DNA of 63,907 nucleotides, taken from positions 1 through 63,907 of the forward strand of contig JANOAD010000255.1 in NCBI GenBank assembly GCA_031410955.1, written 5' to 3'. Below are positions 1 through 9,642 of the stretch, piece after piece (positions within the stretch are counted from its first letter, which is position 1; each line of letters starts with the position of its first letter). This stretch comes from Novosphingobium sp. (GTDB taxonomy: Bacteria > Pseudomonadota > Alphaproteobacteria > Sphingomonadales > Sphingomonadaceae). The notes under the pieces are model-generated. The model made no database searches and was not told where the DNA came from. It saw only the letters and a list, made by a program, of their open reading frames with translations. Both the position numbers and the translations under genes were made by a program.

Positions 1-1569
1 GAGGTCGGTATCAAGCAGGTCTATAATGGCGCGATCGCCTACACGCCCGACGGTTCACCGATCGTCGGCCCGGCCTGGGGCCTGAAGAATTTCTGGCTCA
101 ACGAAGGCCATAGCTTCGGAGTGACGGCGGCGGGCGGTGCCGGATGGCAGCTCGCGCACTGGATCGTCGATGGCGAGCCGACCATCGACATGATGGGCGT
201 CGATCCGCGCCGCTTCGGTGACTATGCCGGGCGCGGCTACCTGATCGAAAAGAACGAGGAAGCCTATGCCAAGGTCTTCACCGTGCATTACCCCGACGAG
301 GAGCGCGAGGCGGCGCGGGCGCTGCGGCGCACGCCGTGTTACGACCGGATGAAAGCGCTCGGCGCGGTGTTCGGCTCGGTGTTCGGGTGGGAGCGCCCGA
401 ACTGGTTCGCCCCTGCAGGTTATGCGCTGAGCGAAGCCGATCTCGATCGGCCCGACGTGCTGCTGGGCCACAACCACCCGGTGACTGGCGAAGGCGAACC
501 GATCCGCGAGAAGTGGTCGTTCCGCCGCTCCAACTATTTCGAGCACGTCGGCAACGAATGCCGCCACGTGCACGAAAAGGTCGGCCTGCAGGACATGAGC
601 GCTTTCGCCAAGTGCGAGATCGCGGGGCCCGGGGCCGAGGCCTGGCTCGACGGCCTGCTGACCAACGCGGTGCCCAAGAAGCTCGGCCGGGTTTCGCTGT
701 CTTACCTGCTCACCGCAAAAGGGGGCGTGCGCGCCGAATTCACCGTCTACAAGATCGCTCCGCAACGCTATTACCTCGTTTCCGCGGGCGCCTACGAACG
801 GCACGATCACGACTATTTGCGCAAGGCCCTGCCGCGCGACGGGTCGGTGACGATGGAACGGCTGACCACCGCGATGGGCGTGCTGGTGCTCGCCGGACCG
901 CGCAGCCGCGATGTGCTGGCCAAGCTGACTGACGCTGACCTTTCGAACGAAGCGTTCCCCTGGCTGACCGGGCAAAGGATCAGCATTGGCGCGGCGCAAG
1001 TCGATGCATTGCGGGTTAATTTCATCGGCGAGCTCGGCTGGGAAATTCACCACCCGATCGAGCTGCAGAACTACATTTTCGACAAGCTGATGGAGGCCGG
1101 GGCGGAGTTCGAGATCAAGCCGTTCGGCATCAGGGCGATGACCGCGATGGCGCTGGAAAAGAGCTACAAGCTGATCCCGCGCGAACTGTCGGTCGAGTAT
1201 TCGGCGCACGAGAGCGGACTCGATCGCTTCATCAGCCTCAAGAAACCGGGTTTCTTCGGCAAAGAGGCCTTGCTCGCCTGGCGCGAGCGGGGGCTGGCGA
1301 ACCGGCTGGTCACCCTGGAAGTCCACGGGGTCACCGATGCTGACGCGCGCGGATCCGAAGCGATATATCAGGGCGATGAACTGGTCGGCCGCGTAACCTC
1401 GGGCGGTTATGGCTGGCGCTGCGGCAAAAGCCTGGCGCTGGCGATGGTGGCGCCCGCGCTGGGCGAACCCGGCACGGTGCTCGAAGTGGTCATTCTGGGC
1501 CAGCGCCGCGCGGCGACGGTCATCGCCGACTCGCCGTTCGACCCGGACAACATTGCCTTGAGGAGCTAG
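1..1569 (+). CDS. Dimethylglycine dehydrogenase-like FAD oxidoreductase, GcvT family (5'-partial)
   Basis: Frame is open from base 1 (EVGIKQVYNGAIAYTPDGSPIVGP...EGHSFGVTAAGGAG). It contains DAO C-terminal motifs, then a GcvT/THF-binding domain (GWERPNWF, GELGWEIH, GRVTSGGYG). Confidence 0.85.
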   Translation, partial: EVGIKQVYNGAIAYTPDGSPIVGPAWGLKNFWLNEGHSFGVTAAGGAGWQLAHWIVDGEPTIDMMGVDPRRFGDYAGRGYLIEKNEEAYAKVFTVHYPDEEREAARALRRTPCYDRMKALGAVFGSVFGWERPNWFAPAGYALSEADLDRPDVLLGHNHPVTGEGEPIREKWSFRRSNYFEHVGNECRHVHEKVGLQDMSAFAKCEIAGPGAEAWLDGLLTNAVPKKLGRVSLSYLLTAKGGVRAEFTVYKIAPQRYYLVSAGAYERHDHDYLRKALPRDGSVTMERLTTAMGVLVLAGPRSRDVLAKLTDADLSNEAFPWLTGQRISIGAAQVDALRVNFIGELGWEIHHPIELQNYIFDKLMEAGAEFEIKPFGIRAMTAMALEKSYKLIPRELSVEYSAHESGLDRFISLKKPGFFGKEALLAWRERGLANRLVTLEVHGVTDADARGSEAIYQGDELVGRVTSGGYGWRCGKSLALAMVAPALGEPGTVLEVVILGQRRAATVIADSPFDPDNIALRS

Positions 1570-1573
1570 GCGC

Positions 1574-2824
1574 ATGTCTCGCTACGAACCCATTGCCCAT
1601 TTGCTGCAGCAGGATCGCCCCGGTCATACCCTGCCGCGCGAGCTTTATGTCAGCGATGCGGCCTTTGAATTCGACGCGCGGGTCATGCTCAAGTCGGTCT
1701 GGCTCTACGCCTGCACGGTCGCCCACGTGAAGCACCCGGGCGATTACTTCGTGTTCGAACTGGGCAGCAATTCGATCATAATCGTGCGCGGCAAGGACAA
1801 CGAGGTTCGCGCCTTCTGGAACAGCTGCCGCCACCGCGGCTCGAAAATCTGTCTCGAACAGCGCGGCCGCGCCCCGCGCCTGACCTGCCCCTATCACCAG
1901 TGGACTTACGGCCTCGACGGTGCGCTGCTGGCGGCGCGGAGCATGGCCGATGATTTCGACAAGCACGACCACGGCCTGACCCCGGTGGCGCTGGAAAACA
2001 TCGGCGGGCTGATTTTCATCTGCATGGCTGACGATCCCCCGCCGATCGACCGGGTCAAGGCCGATATAGCCGGCCAGATCGCGGTCTATGATCTCCAGAA
2101 ATGCAAGGTCGCGGTGCAGGACGACCTGATCGAGCACGCCAACTGGAAGCTCGTGATGGAAAACAACCGCGAGTGCTATCACTGCGATGCCGGCCATCCC
2201 GAACTGGTCAGCGTGCTCGGCAGCTATGGCTTCGGCAAGGGGCTGCCCGAAGACGGTGACGGCGACGTGGTGGATGACAGTGGTTACGACGCCTTGATCG
2301 CGGCCAAGCGTGGTGAGTGGAAGGCACTGGGGATCGACAGTGACCTGATCGAGTTCCCCGACGGTTGGTGGCACCGGGTGGCGCGGCTGCCGCTGGCCAA
2401 TGGCGCGGTGACCCAGTCGATCGACGGCAAGCAGGTCTCGAGGAGACTGATCGGTCCATTTACCGAACCCGAGACGTCGAGCCTGTCGGTCTGGACCCAG
2501 CCGAACAGCTGGCACCACTTCTGCTGCGATCATGTCGTGACGTTCTCGCTCACGCCTTTGTCGGCCGACCGCACGCTGCTGCGGACCAGCTGGCTGGTTC
2601 ACGAAGACGCGGTCGCAGGGGTGGACTACGACCCCGATCGGATTGCCGCGCTGTGGCGCACCACGAACGATCAGGACGGCCGCTTTTCGCAGCTCAATCA
2701 CCTCGGGATCGCGAACGAGGGCTACCGTCAGGGGCCCTATGCGGTCGAAGAAAAGCTGGTTGAAGCGTTCAAGGATTTTTACGTCGAACGCGCCAGGGCC
2801 GCATTGCAGGGCGTGCAGGGATGA
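1574..2824 (+). CDS. Rieske oxygenase alpha subunit, GbcA/Stc2-type betaine N-demethylase
   Basis: Rieske motif CRH...CPYH; mononuclear Fe motif ANWKLVMENNRECYHC..GHPEL; lies between a DMG dehydrogenase-like gene and soxBDAG. Confidence 0.85.
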   Translation: MSRYEPIAHLLQQDRPGHTLPRELYVSDAAFEFDARVMLKSVWLYACTVAHVKHPGDYFVFELGSNSIIIVRGKDNEVRAFWNSCRHRGSKICLEQRGRAPRLTCPYHQWTYGLDGALLAARSMADDFDKHDHGLTPVALENIGGLIFICMADDPPPIDRVKADIAGQIAVYDLQKCKVAVQDDLIEHANWKLVMENNRECYHCDAGHPELVSVLGSYGFGKGLPEDGDGDVVDDSGYDALIAAKRGEWKALGIDSDLIEFPDGWWHRVARLPLANGAVTQSIDGKQVSRRLIGPFTEPETSSLSVWTQPNSWHHFCCDHVVTFSLTPLSADRTLLRTSWLVHEDAVAGVDYDPDRIAALWRTTNDQDGRFSQLNHLGIANEGYRQGPYAVEEKLVEAFKDFYVERARAALQGVQG

Positions 2825-3165
2825 GCGAAAATCTTGCCCTGCCGTTGGCCGGTTCGAAGAAAATCGACGCCAGCGGCTGGGTCGCGGGCGAGCGCCCCGG
2901 TGAACTGGTCCGGCCGCTGATCGACGATCCGGCCGGCTATCGGACGATGCTGCTGAAGGTGCCAGCGGGTCCGCTGGGCGCGCTGCACACACATGATACG
3001 ATCGAGCAAATCTACGTGCTGGAAGGCGATTTCTTCGACGATGAAGCGAGTTACGCGGCCGGCGATTTCGTGCTGCGAATGCCCGGCACGATGCACCGCG
3101 CCGGGAGCCGCGCTGGCTGCACGATGCTCATCGTTTATGCGCCGCTGGGGAGACCGGCCGGATGA
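2821..3165 (+). CDS. Cupin domain protein (ChrR-like cupin)
   Basis: LHTH...EQIYVLEG...GDFVLRMPGTMH cupin motifs; ATGA overlaps with both neighbours. Confidence 0.75.
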   Translation: MSENLALPLAGSKKIDASGWVAGERPGELVRPLIDDPAGYRTMLLKVPAGPLGALHTHDTIEQIYVLEGDFFDDEASYAAGDFVLRMPGTMHRAGSRAGCTMLIVYAPLGRPAG

Positions 3166-4415
3166 CCCGGTTCAGTGCGTTCAGCCTGTTCGCCAAGGCG
3201 CTCGGCGGGCATCAGTCATGGCCCGAGCAATGGCCTGACGCGAGCCCCAAGCCCGCCTATGACGCAATCATCGTCGGCGCCGGCGGACATGGGCTCGGCG
3301 CGGCCTACTATCTCGCCAAAAAGTACGGGATCACCAAGGTTGCGGTGATCGAAAAGGGCTGGCTGGGCGGCGGCAATACGGGGCGCAACACCACCATCAT
3401 CCGCTCGAACTACCTCTACGACGAAAGCGCGCACCTCTACGATCACGCGCTGAAGCTGTGGGACGGGCTGAGCCAGGAGCTCAACTACAACACGATGTAT
3501 TCGAAGCGCGGGGTGATGATGCTCGCGCACAACGTCCACGATGTGCAGAGCTTCAAGCGCCATATCCATGCCAACCGGCTGAACGGTGTCGACAACGAAT
3601 GGCTCAGTGCCGAGCAGGCCAAGGAATACTGCCCGCCGCTGAGCATTTCCCCCTCTGCCCGCCATCCGGTGCTGGGCGCGGCGCTGCAACGGCGCGGCGG
3701 GACTGCGCGGCATGATACCGTGGCCTGGGGTTATGCCCGCGCGGCGGCGGCGCTGGGGGTCGATATCATCCAGAACTGCGCGGTCACCGGCATCCGCCGC
3801 GGCGCCGATGGCGCGGTCGAAGGGGTCGAAACGACACGCGGCTTCATCGCCTCCAAACGGGTGGGGGTATCGGCGGCAGGACACAGCTCGGTCATCATGC
3901 AGATGGCCGAGCTCGACTTCCCGCTCGAAAGCTACCCGCTGCAGGCGCTGGTCTCGGAACCGGTCAAGCCGGTGTTTCCGTGCGTGGTCATGTCCAACAC
4001 GGTCCACGCCTATATGAGCCAGTCGGACAAGGGCGAGCTGGTGATCGGCGCGGGCACCGATCAATACGTCAGTTACTCGCAGCGCGGCGCGCTCCACATT
4101 GTCGAGCATACGCTGGCCGCGATTTGCGAAATTTTCCCGATCTTCCGGCGGATGCGGATGCTGCGCAGCTGGGGCGGGATCGTCGACGTTACCCCCGATC
4201 GCTCGCCGATCCTCGGCAAGACGCCGGTACCGGGGCTCTACGTCAATTGCGGCTGGGGCACCGGCGGGTTCAAGGCGACACCGGGGGCTGCCGACCTGCT
4301 CGCCTACACCATGGCCAAGGACGAACCGCATCCGATCAACGCCCCCTACAACCTCGACCGGTTCCGCACCGGCCGCCTGATCGACGAGGCCGCAGCCGCG
4401 GCGGTGGCGCATTGA
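3162..4415 (+). CDS. soxB: Sarcosine oxidase subunit beta
   Basis: GAGGHGL FAD motif, GGGNTGRNTT, GGTARHD (covalent-FMN His), WGTGGFKATP, C-terminus EAAAAAVAH. Confidence 0.95.
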   Translation: MTRFSAFSLFAKALGGHQSWPEQWPDASPKPAYDAIIVGAGGHGLGAAYYLAKKYGITKVAVIEKGWLGGGNTGRNTTIIRSNYLYDESAHLYDHALKLWDGLSQELNYNTMYSKRGVMMLAHNVHDVQSFKRHIHANRLNGVDNEWLSAEQAKEYCPPLSISPSARHPVLGAALQRRGGTARHDTVAWGYARAAAALGVDIIQNCAVTGIRRGADGAVEGVETTRGFIASKRVGVSAAGHSSVIMQMAELDFPLESYPLQALVSEPVKPVFPCVVMSNTVHAYMSQSDKGELVIGAGTDQYVSYSQRGALHIVEHTLAAICEIFPIFRRMRMLRSWGGIVDVTPDRSPILGKTPVPGLYVNCGWGTGGFKATPGAADLLAYTMAKDEPHPINAPYNLDRFRTGRLIDEAAAAAVAH

Positions 4416-4416
4416 G

Positions 4417-4689
4417 ATGTTGCTGATCCACTGCCCCTATTGCGACGTGCAGCGCGCCGAGATCGAATTTGCCTATGCCGGTGAAGCGCACATTGCCCGG
4501 CCGCCTGACCCGTCTGACTTGAGCGATGAAGACTGGGCCCGCTACCTGTTCATCCGCTCCAACCCGCGCGGTCGCCACCATGAGCGCTGGCGCCACATCC
4601 ACGGCTGCGGGCGGTTTTTCAACGCGGTGCGCGATACCGTCACCGACAAGTTCGAGGCCACTTACAAGGCCGGAGAACCGCGCCGATGA
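4417..4689 (+). CDS. soxD: Sarcosine oxidase subunit delta
   Basis: MLLIHCPYC...EF..GEAHIARP...ERWRHIHGC Zn-binding pattern. Confidence 0.95.
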   Translation: MLLIHCPYCDVQRAEIEFAYAGEAHIARPPDPSDLSDEDWARYLFIRSNPRGRHHERWRHIHGCGRFFNAVRDTVTDKFEATYKAGEPRR

Positions 4690-7547
4690 GCGGGTACCGG
4701 CTTGATCAGGGCGGGCGGATCGATCGCAGCCGGCCGATCAGTTTCAGCTTCGATGGCGCGACGTATCGGGGCTACGCAGGCGATACTTTGGCCTCGGCGC
4801 TGCTCGCCAATGGCGTGCTGCTGTTCGGGCGCTCGTTCAAATATCACCGCCCGCGCGGGTTGCTTGGAGCGGGGAGCGAGGAACCCAATGCCCTGGTCTC
4901 GGTCAGCCGCGGGCCGGGCCGCCACACTCCCAACCTGCGCGCCACCGGGGTGGAGGTTTATGACGGTTTGGTGGCGACCAGCCAGCACCGCTGGCCTTCG
5001 CTCAAGACAGATTTGGGCGCGATCAATGACCGGCTCGGCATGTTCTTCCCGGCGGGCTTTTACAACAAGACCTTCATGTGGCCCCGCTCGTTCTGGGACA
5101 AGCTGTACGAGCCGGTGATCCGCCGCATGGCCGGACTTGGTGAAGCGCCAAGCGATGAAGATCCCGATCACTACGCGGCCACTTATGCGCATTGCGACCT
5201 GCTGATTGTTGGCGCCGGCCCGGCCGGGATCGACGCGGCGCTGGAAGCCAGCGGCACCGCCAAACGCGTGATCCTGATCGACGAACAGGACGAGGCGGGC
5301 GGCGGCGCGCTGGCCGATCCGGCGCTGTGGCCGTGGCTGCAAGAAAGCCTCAAGGACCTGGCCGCCGCGCCGAACATCACGGTGCTGCGCCGGACCACGG
5401 CGTTCGGCTATTACCATGACAACTTCATTGGCGCGGTCGAGCGGCTGACCGATCACCTGGCCCAGCTTGGCGATGGCGCGCGCGAAAAACTGTGGCGGAT
5501 CCGCGCGGGTGAAGTGATCCTGGCGCAAGGTGCGATCGAACGCCCGCTGGTGTTCGCCGGGAACGATGTGCCCGGGGTCATGCTGGCCTCGGCCGCGCGG
5601 ACCTTCCTGCAGCGGTTTGGCGTCGCGGTCGGCAAGTCGGTCGCCCTGATGGCGGCGCACGACAGCGGCTGGCGCGATGCCTTTGCGCATGCCCGCGCCG
5701 GAGTGAAGGTCGCGGCGATTATCGATGTGCGGGCCACGGTCGATGCAGAGCTGCTGGCCGAGGCGCAAGCGCTCGGCATCGCGGTGCGGCTTGGCCACAG
5801 CGTGATCGATGTGCAGGGCCGCCTTGGCGTGAAGGGCATATCCGTGGCGCGCAACGACGGCAGCGCCGCCACCCGGATCGCCTGCGATGCGCTGCTGATG
5901 GCAGGAGGGTGGACCCCCTCTGTCCACCTGTGGTCGCACAGCAAGGGCTCGCTTACATGGGACGATGTGCTGGGCGCCTATGTCCCGGACAAGGCAAATG
6001 AGAATGTCCGCTGTGTCGGCGCCTGTGCGGGCAAGTGGAACTTCGGCAGCGGCATGGTCATCGACGCACTGCCCACCCCGCGCGACCCGAGCCGGATCAA
6101 GGCCTTCGTCGATTTCCAGAATGATGTGACCGCCAAGGACATTCACCTCGCCGTGCGCGAGGGGTTCAAATCGATCGAGCATATCAAGCGCTACACCACC
6201 ACCGGCATGGCCACCGATCAGGGCAAGACGTCGAACCTCAACGGCTTGCAGATCGCCTCACAGGCGCTGGGCCGCCACGTCACCGAAGTGGGCCTGACCA
6301 CCTTTCGCCCGCCCTATACCCCGCAGACGTTCGGGGCCTTGGCGGGCCACGCCCAGGGCGAGCTGTTCCAGCCCACCCGCAAGACGTGCATCGATGGCTG
6401 GGCCGAGGAACATGGCGCGGTGTTCGAATTGGTCGCGCAGTGGCGGCGGGCCCGCTATTTTCCGATAAGCGGGGAAGACATGCACGCGGCGGTGAACCGC
6501 GAATGCCGCGCGGTCCGGTCGGCGGTGGGGATCTTCGATGCCTCGACTCTGGGCAAGATCGAAGTGGTCGGGCCAGACGCGGCCGAATTCCTCAACCGCA
6601 TGTACACCAATCCGTGGAAGGCGCTTGAACCGGGCCGGTGCCGCTATGGTCTGCTGCTGCGCGAAGACGGCTTCATCACCGACGACGGAGTTTCGGCGCG
6701 GCTGGCCCCGGACCGCTTCCACCTGACCACGACTACCGGCGGCGCGGCGCGGGTGCTGGGCATGATGGAGGACTACCTCCAGACCGAATGGCCCGACCTC
6801 GATGTCTGGCTGACCAGCACCACCGAACAATGGGCGGTGATCGCGCTGCAGGGGCCGCTGGCGCGACAGGTGCTCGAGCCGCTGGTCGAGGGCATCGACC
6901 TTTCGCCCGAAACGTTCCCGCACATGTCGATCCGCGAGGGCACGATCTGCGGTGTACCGACCCGGTTGTTCCGGGTCAGCTTCACGGGAGAGCTCGGGTT
7001 TGAGATCAATGTGCCGGCCGCCTATGGCCGCGCCTTGTGGGAACGCCTGATGAGCGCGGGCGCGGCTCTTGGCATTACGCCGTACGGTACCGAAGCGATG
7101 CACGTGCTGCGCGCCGAGAAAGGCTTCATCATCGTCGGGCAGGACACCGATGGGACGGTGACGCCGTATGATGCCGGGCTTGACTGGGCGGTGGGCAAGA
7201 AGAAGCCCGATTTCGTGGGCAAGCGCAGCCTGTCGCGGCCCGATATCGCGGCGCCGGGGCGTAAGCAGCTGGTCGGGCTGCTGACCGATGACCCTGCGGT
7301 GGTGCTCGAGGAAGGCGCGCAGATCGTCGCCGATCCCGCGCAGGCCTTGCCGATGACCATGATCGGCCACGTCACCTCGGCCTACTGGAGCGAGGCGCTC
7401 GGCCGCTCGATCGCGCTGGCGATGGTTGCGGGCGGGCAGGGGCGGATGGGCGAGACGCTGCACATCCCGATGCCTGGCGCCATATTGACTGCGAAAGTCA
7501 GTCCGATGGTCTTCTATGACCCGCAAGGAGAGCGGCTCAATGTCTGA
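4686..7547 (+). CDS. soxA: Sarcosine oxidase subunit alpha
   Basis: GDTLASALLANG, RSFKYHRPRG, GAGPAG, EHIKRYTTTGMATDQGK and a C-terminal GcvT-like folate domain. Confidence 0.95.
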   Translation: MSGYRLDQGGRIDRSRPISFSFDGATYRGYAGDTLASALLANGVLLFGRSFKYHRPRGLLGAGSEEPNALVSVSRGPGRHTPNLRATGVEVYDGLVATSQHRWPSLKTDLGAINDRLGMFFPAGFYNKTFMWPRSFWDKLYEPVIRRMAGLGEAPSDEDPDHYAATYAHCDLLIVGAGPAGIDAALEASGTAKRVILIDEQDEAGGGALADPALWPWLQESLKDLAAAPNITVLRRTTAFGYYHDNFIGAVERLTDHLAQLGDGAREKLWRIRAGEVILAQGAIERPLVFAGNDVPGVMLASAARTFLQRFGVAVGKSVALMAAHDSGWRDAFAHARAGVKVAAIIDVRATVDAELLAEAQALGIAVRLGHSVIDVQGRLGVKGISVARNDGSAATRIACDALLMAGGWTPSVHLWSHSKGSLTWDDVLGAYVPDKANENVRCVGACAGKWNFGSGMVIDALPTPRDPSRIKAFVDFQNDVTAKDIHLAVREGFKSIEHIKRYTTTGMATDQGKTSNLNGLQIASQALGRHVTEVGLTTFRPPYTPQTFGALAGHAQGELFQPTRKTCIDGWAEEHGAVFELVAQWRRARYFPISGEDMHAAVNRECRAVRSAVGIFDASTLGKIEVVGPDAAEFLNRMYTNPWKALEPGRCRYGLLLREDGFITDDGVSARLAPDRFHLTTTTGGAARVLGMMEDYLQTEWPDLDVWLTSTTEQWAVIALQGPLARQVLEPLVEGIDLSPETFPHMSIREGTICGVPTRLFRVSFTGELGFEINVPAAYGRALWERLMSAGAALGITPYGTEAMHVLRAEKGFIIVGQDTDGTVTPYDAGLDWAVGKKKPDFVGKRSLSRPDIAAPGRKQLVGLLTDDPAVVLEEGAQIVADPAQALPMTMIGHVTSAYWSEALGRSIALAMVAGGQGRMGETLHIPMPGAILTAKVSPMVFYDPQGERLNV

Positions 7548-8052
7548 CGCACTGGCGCGCAGCGAACCCGTCCTGGCGGAGCCTCACGCCCGCGAAGGCG
7601 TGGCAATTGCGCTGGCGGAGTCCATGGCGCGCTTCACGCTGCGCGCGCGCCAAGCGCAAGCGCTGGAGACGGTGCTGGGAACCAAGCTGCCCAAGCGCAT
7701 CGGCGAGACCGAGGCCGACATCGCCTGTCTTGGCCCGGACGAGTGGCTGCTCCGCGCGCCTGCGGGAACGACGCTCCCCATGGGAGCGGGCTTGCCGGTC
7801 GCGATTACCGAGGTCAGCGAACGCTCGGTCTGCCTGATTGTCGAAGGCGTGCGCGCTGCCGAAGTGCTTGCCGCGGGCTGTCCGCGCGATCTCGCTCGGT
7901 TCGCGGTCGGCCGGGCCACGCGCACCGTGTTCGAGATGGTGGAGATTATCCTGCTCCGCACTGGCGAAGACCGGTTTGAAATCGAAGTCTGGCGCAGCTT
8001 CGCGCCTTGGCTCACAACGGCACTGGAAACAGCAGCGAGACAGCTGCGCTAA
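7540..8052 (+). CDS. soxG: Sarcosine oxidase subunit gamma
   Basis: LGPDEWLL, GCPRDL, FEIEVWRSFA. ATG at 7540 is preceded by AAGGAG. Confidence 0.9.
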   Translation: MSDALARSEPVLAEPHAREGVAIALAESMARFTLRARQAQALETVLGTKLPKRIGETEADIACLGPDEWLLRAPAGTTLPMGAGLPVAITEVSERSVCLIVEGVRAAEVLAAGCPRDLARFAVGRATRTVFEMVEIILLRTGEDRFEIEVWRSFAPWLTTALETAARQLR

Positions 8053-8061
8053 GGGGGACGC

Positions 8062-9642
8062 ATGTCGGATTGGACCAAGCACATCGATCCCGGAGCTTAC
8101 GGTCAGTCCAATCGGCGCTGGGGCGGCATGATTGTCAATCCGGCGGTGTTCGTTCCGACGGCGCTGATCTCGCTGGCGGTCATCCTGTACAGCGTGATTG
8201 CCCCGCAATCCTCGGCCGACTTGTTTGCCGCGATGCGGAGCGGCGTGGTGGCGCATTTCGACTGGTTGCTGATGTCGGTCGGCAATCTGTTGCTGTTGTT
8301 TTGCATCGTTGTGGCGCTGTCGCCGCTCGGCAAGATCAGGCTCGGCGGCAAGGGCGTAAAGCCCGATTATTCGCGGTTGTCGTGGTTCTCGATGCTGTTC
8401 GGCGCGGGAATGGGCATTGGCCTGGTGTTCTACGGCGTGGGCGAGCCGGTGACCCATTTTGCTTCGTCGCTGGCGGGCGGTGCGGGTGCTCCGCTCGGCG
8501 GGGCAGCGGGCGATCCGGCAGCAGCGCGGAGCCTCGCCATGGCCGCGACGATCTTCGATTGGTCGCTCCACCCTTGGGCGATATTCGCTGTAACCGGCTT
8601 GGCATTCGCGGTCTTTGCCTATGATTTTGGCTTGCCGCTGTCGATGCGGTCGGCCTTCTATCCGCTGTTCGGCAAGGCGGTCTGGGGCAGGGCGGGCGAT
8701 CTGATCGAAGTTCTGGCGGTGCTGGCAACGATCTTCGGCCTCGCCACCTCGCTCGGGCTCGGGGCGCAGCAGGCGATGGCCGGGATTACCTATCTGTACG
8801 GAATCGCCAGCTCGCCCGCGGCAATCCTCGGCTTGATCGCGATCATGGCGGCGGTCACCTTCCTGTCGGTTCGCGGCGGGATCGATCGCGGCATTCGCAT
8901 TCTCAGCGAAGCCAACATGTGGGTCGCCGCCGCCTTGCTGCTGTTCGTGCTGGTCACCGGACCGGTGCTGCAATTGCTCGGCGATTTCTTGGCCAACATC
9001 GTCAACTACCTCAGGTACCTGCCGGCGCTGTCCAATCCGGTCGGGCGCAGCGATATGGGGTTCTATGACGATTGGTCGGTTTACTACTGGGCCTGGTGGA
9101 TCAGCTGGGCACCGTTTGTCGGCATGTTCATGGCGCGCATTTCGCTGGGCCGGACGGTGCGGGAATTCATCGCCGGGGCGATGATCGCGCCGAGCCTGCT
9201 GGGGATCATCTGGCTGACGATCTTTGGCGATGCCAGCATCGCCGCGATTTTGGCCGGCCAAGCCCCGGGTCTGACGCAAGCATCGCTCGAGACGCAGCTG
9301 TTCGTGCTGCTGGGCACGCTGCCCTTTGCGCAAATCACGTCCTTAGTCGCGATAGCGCTGATCCTGATCTTCTTCGTCACCGGGTGGGATTCGGGCACCT
9401 TGGTGATCGACACAATGACCGCCGGTGGACGCACCGATACGCCGCTGCGCCAAAAGGTGATCTGGCTGTTTGCGGTGGGCGGGATTGGCGTGGTCTTATT
9501 GCTGAGCGGCGGGCTCAACTCGCTGCAGGCCGGGGCCATCGCTACCGGACTGCCATTGGCCCTGATCTTGCTGCTGATGTGCTGGGGTACGCTCAAGGGC
9601 CTGCTGGTGCTGCACCGCGCTAGCGCAGATTCCGAGCGATGA
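8062..9642 (+). CDS. BCCT family betaine/choline/carnitine transporter
   Basis: WFSMLFGAGMGIG, WSLHPWA, YWAWWISWAPFVG, ARISLGRTVREF; about 12 TM helices. Confidence 0.93.
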   Translation: MSDWTKHIDPGAYGQSNRRWGGMIVNPAVFVPTALISLAVILYSVIAPQSSADLFAAMRSGVVAHFDWLLMSVGNLLLLFCIVVALSPLGKIRLGGKGVKPDYSRLSWFSMLFGAGMGIGLVFYGVGEPVTHFASSLAGGAGAPLGGAAGDPAAARSLAMAATIFDWSLHPWAIFAVTGLAFAVFAYDFGLPLSMRSAFYPLFGKAVWGRAGDLIEVLAVLATIFGLATSLGLGAQQAMAGITYLYGIASSPAAILGLIAIMAAVTFLSVRGGIDRGIRILSEANMWVAAALLLFVLVTGPVLQLLGDFLANIVNYLRYLPALSNPVGRSDMGFYDDWSVYYWAWWISWAPFVGMFMARISLGRTVREFIAGAMIAPSLLGIIWLTIFGDASIAAILAGQAPGLTQASLETQLFVLLGTLPFAQITSLVAIALILIFFVTGWDSGTLVIDTMTAGGRTDTPLRQKVIWLFAVGGIGVVLLLSGGLNSLQAGAIATGLPLALILLLMCWGTLKGLLVLHRASADSER

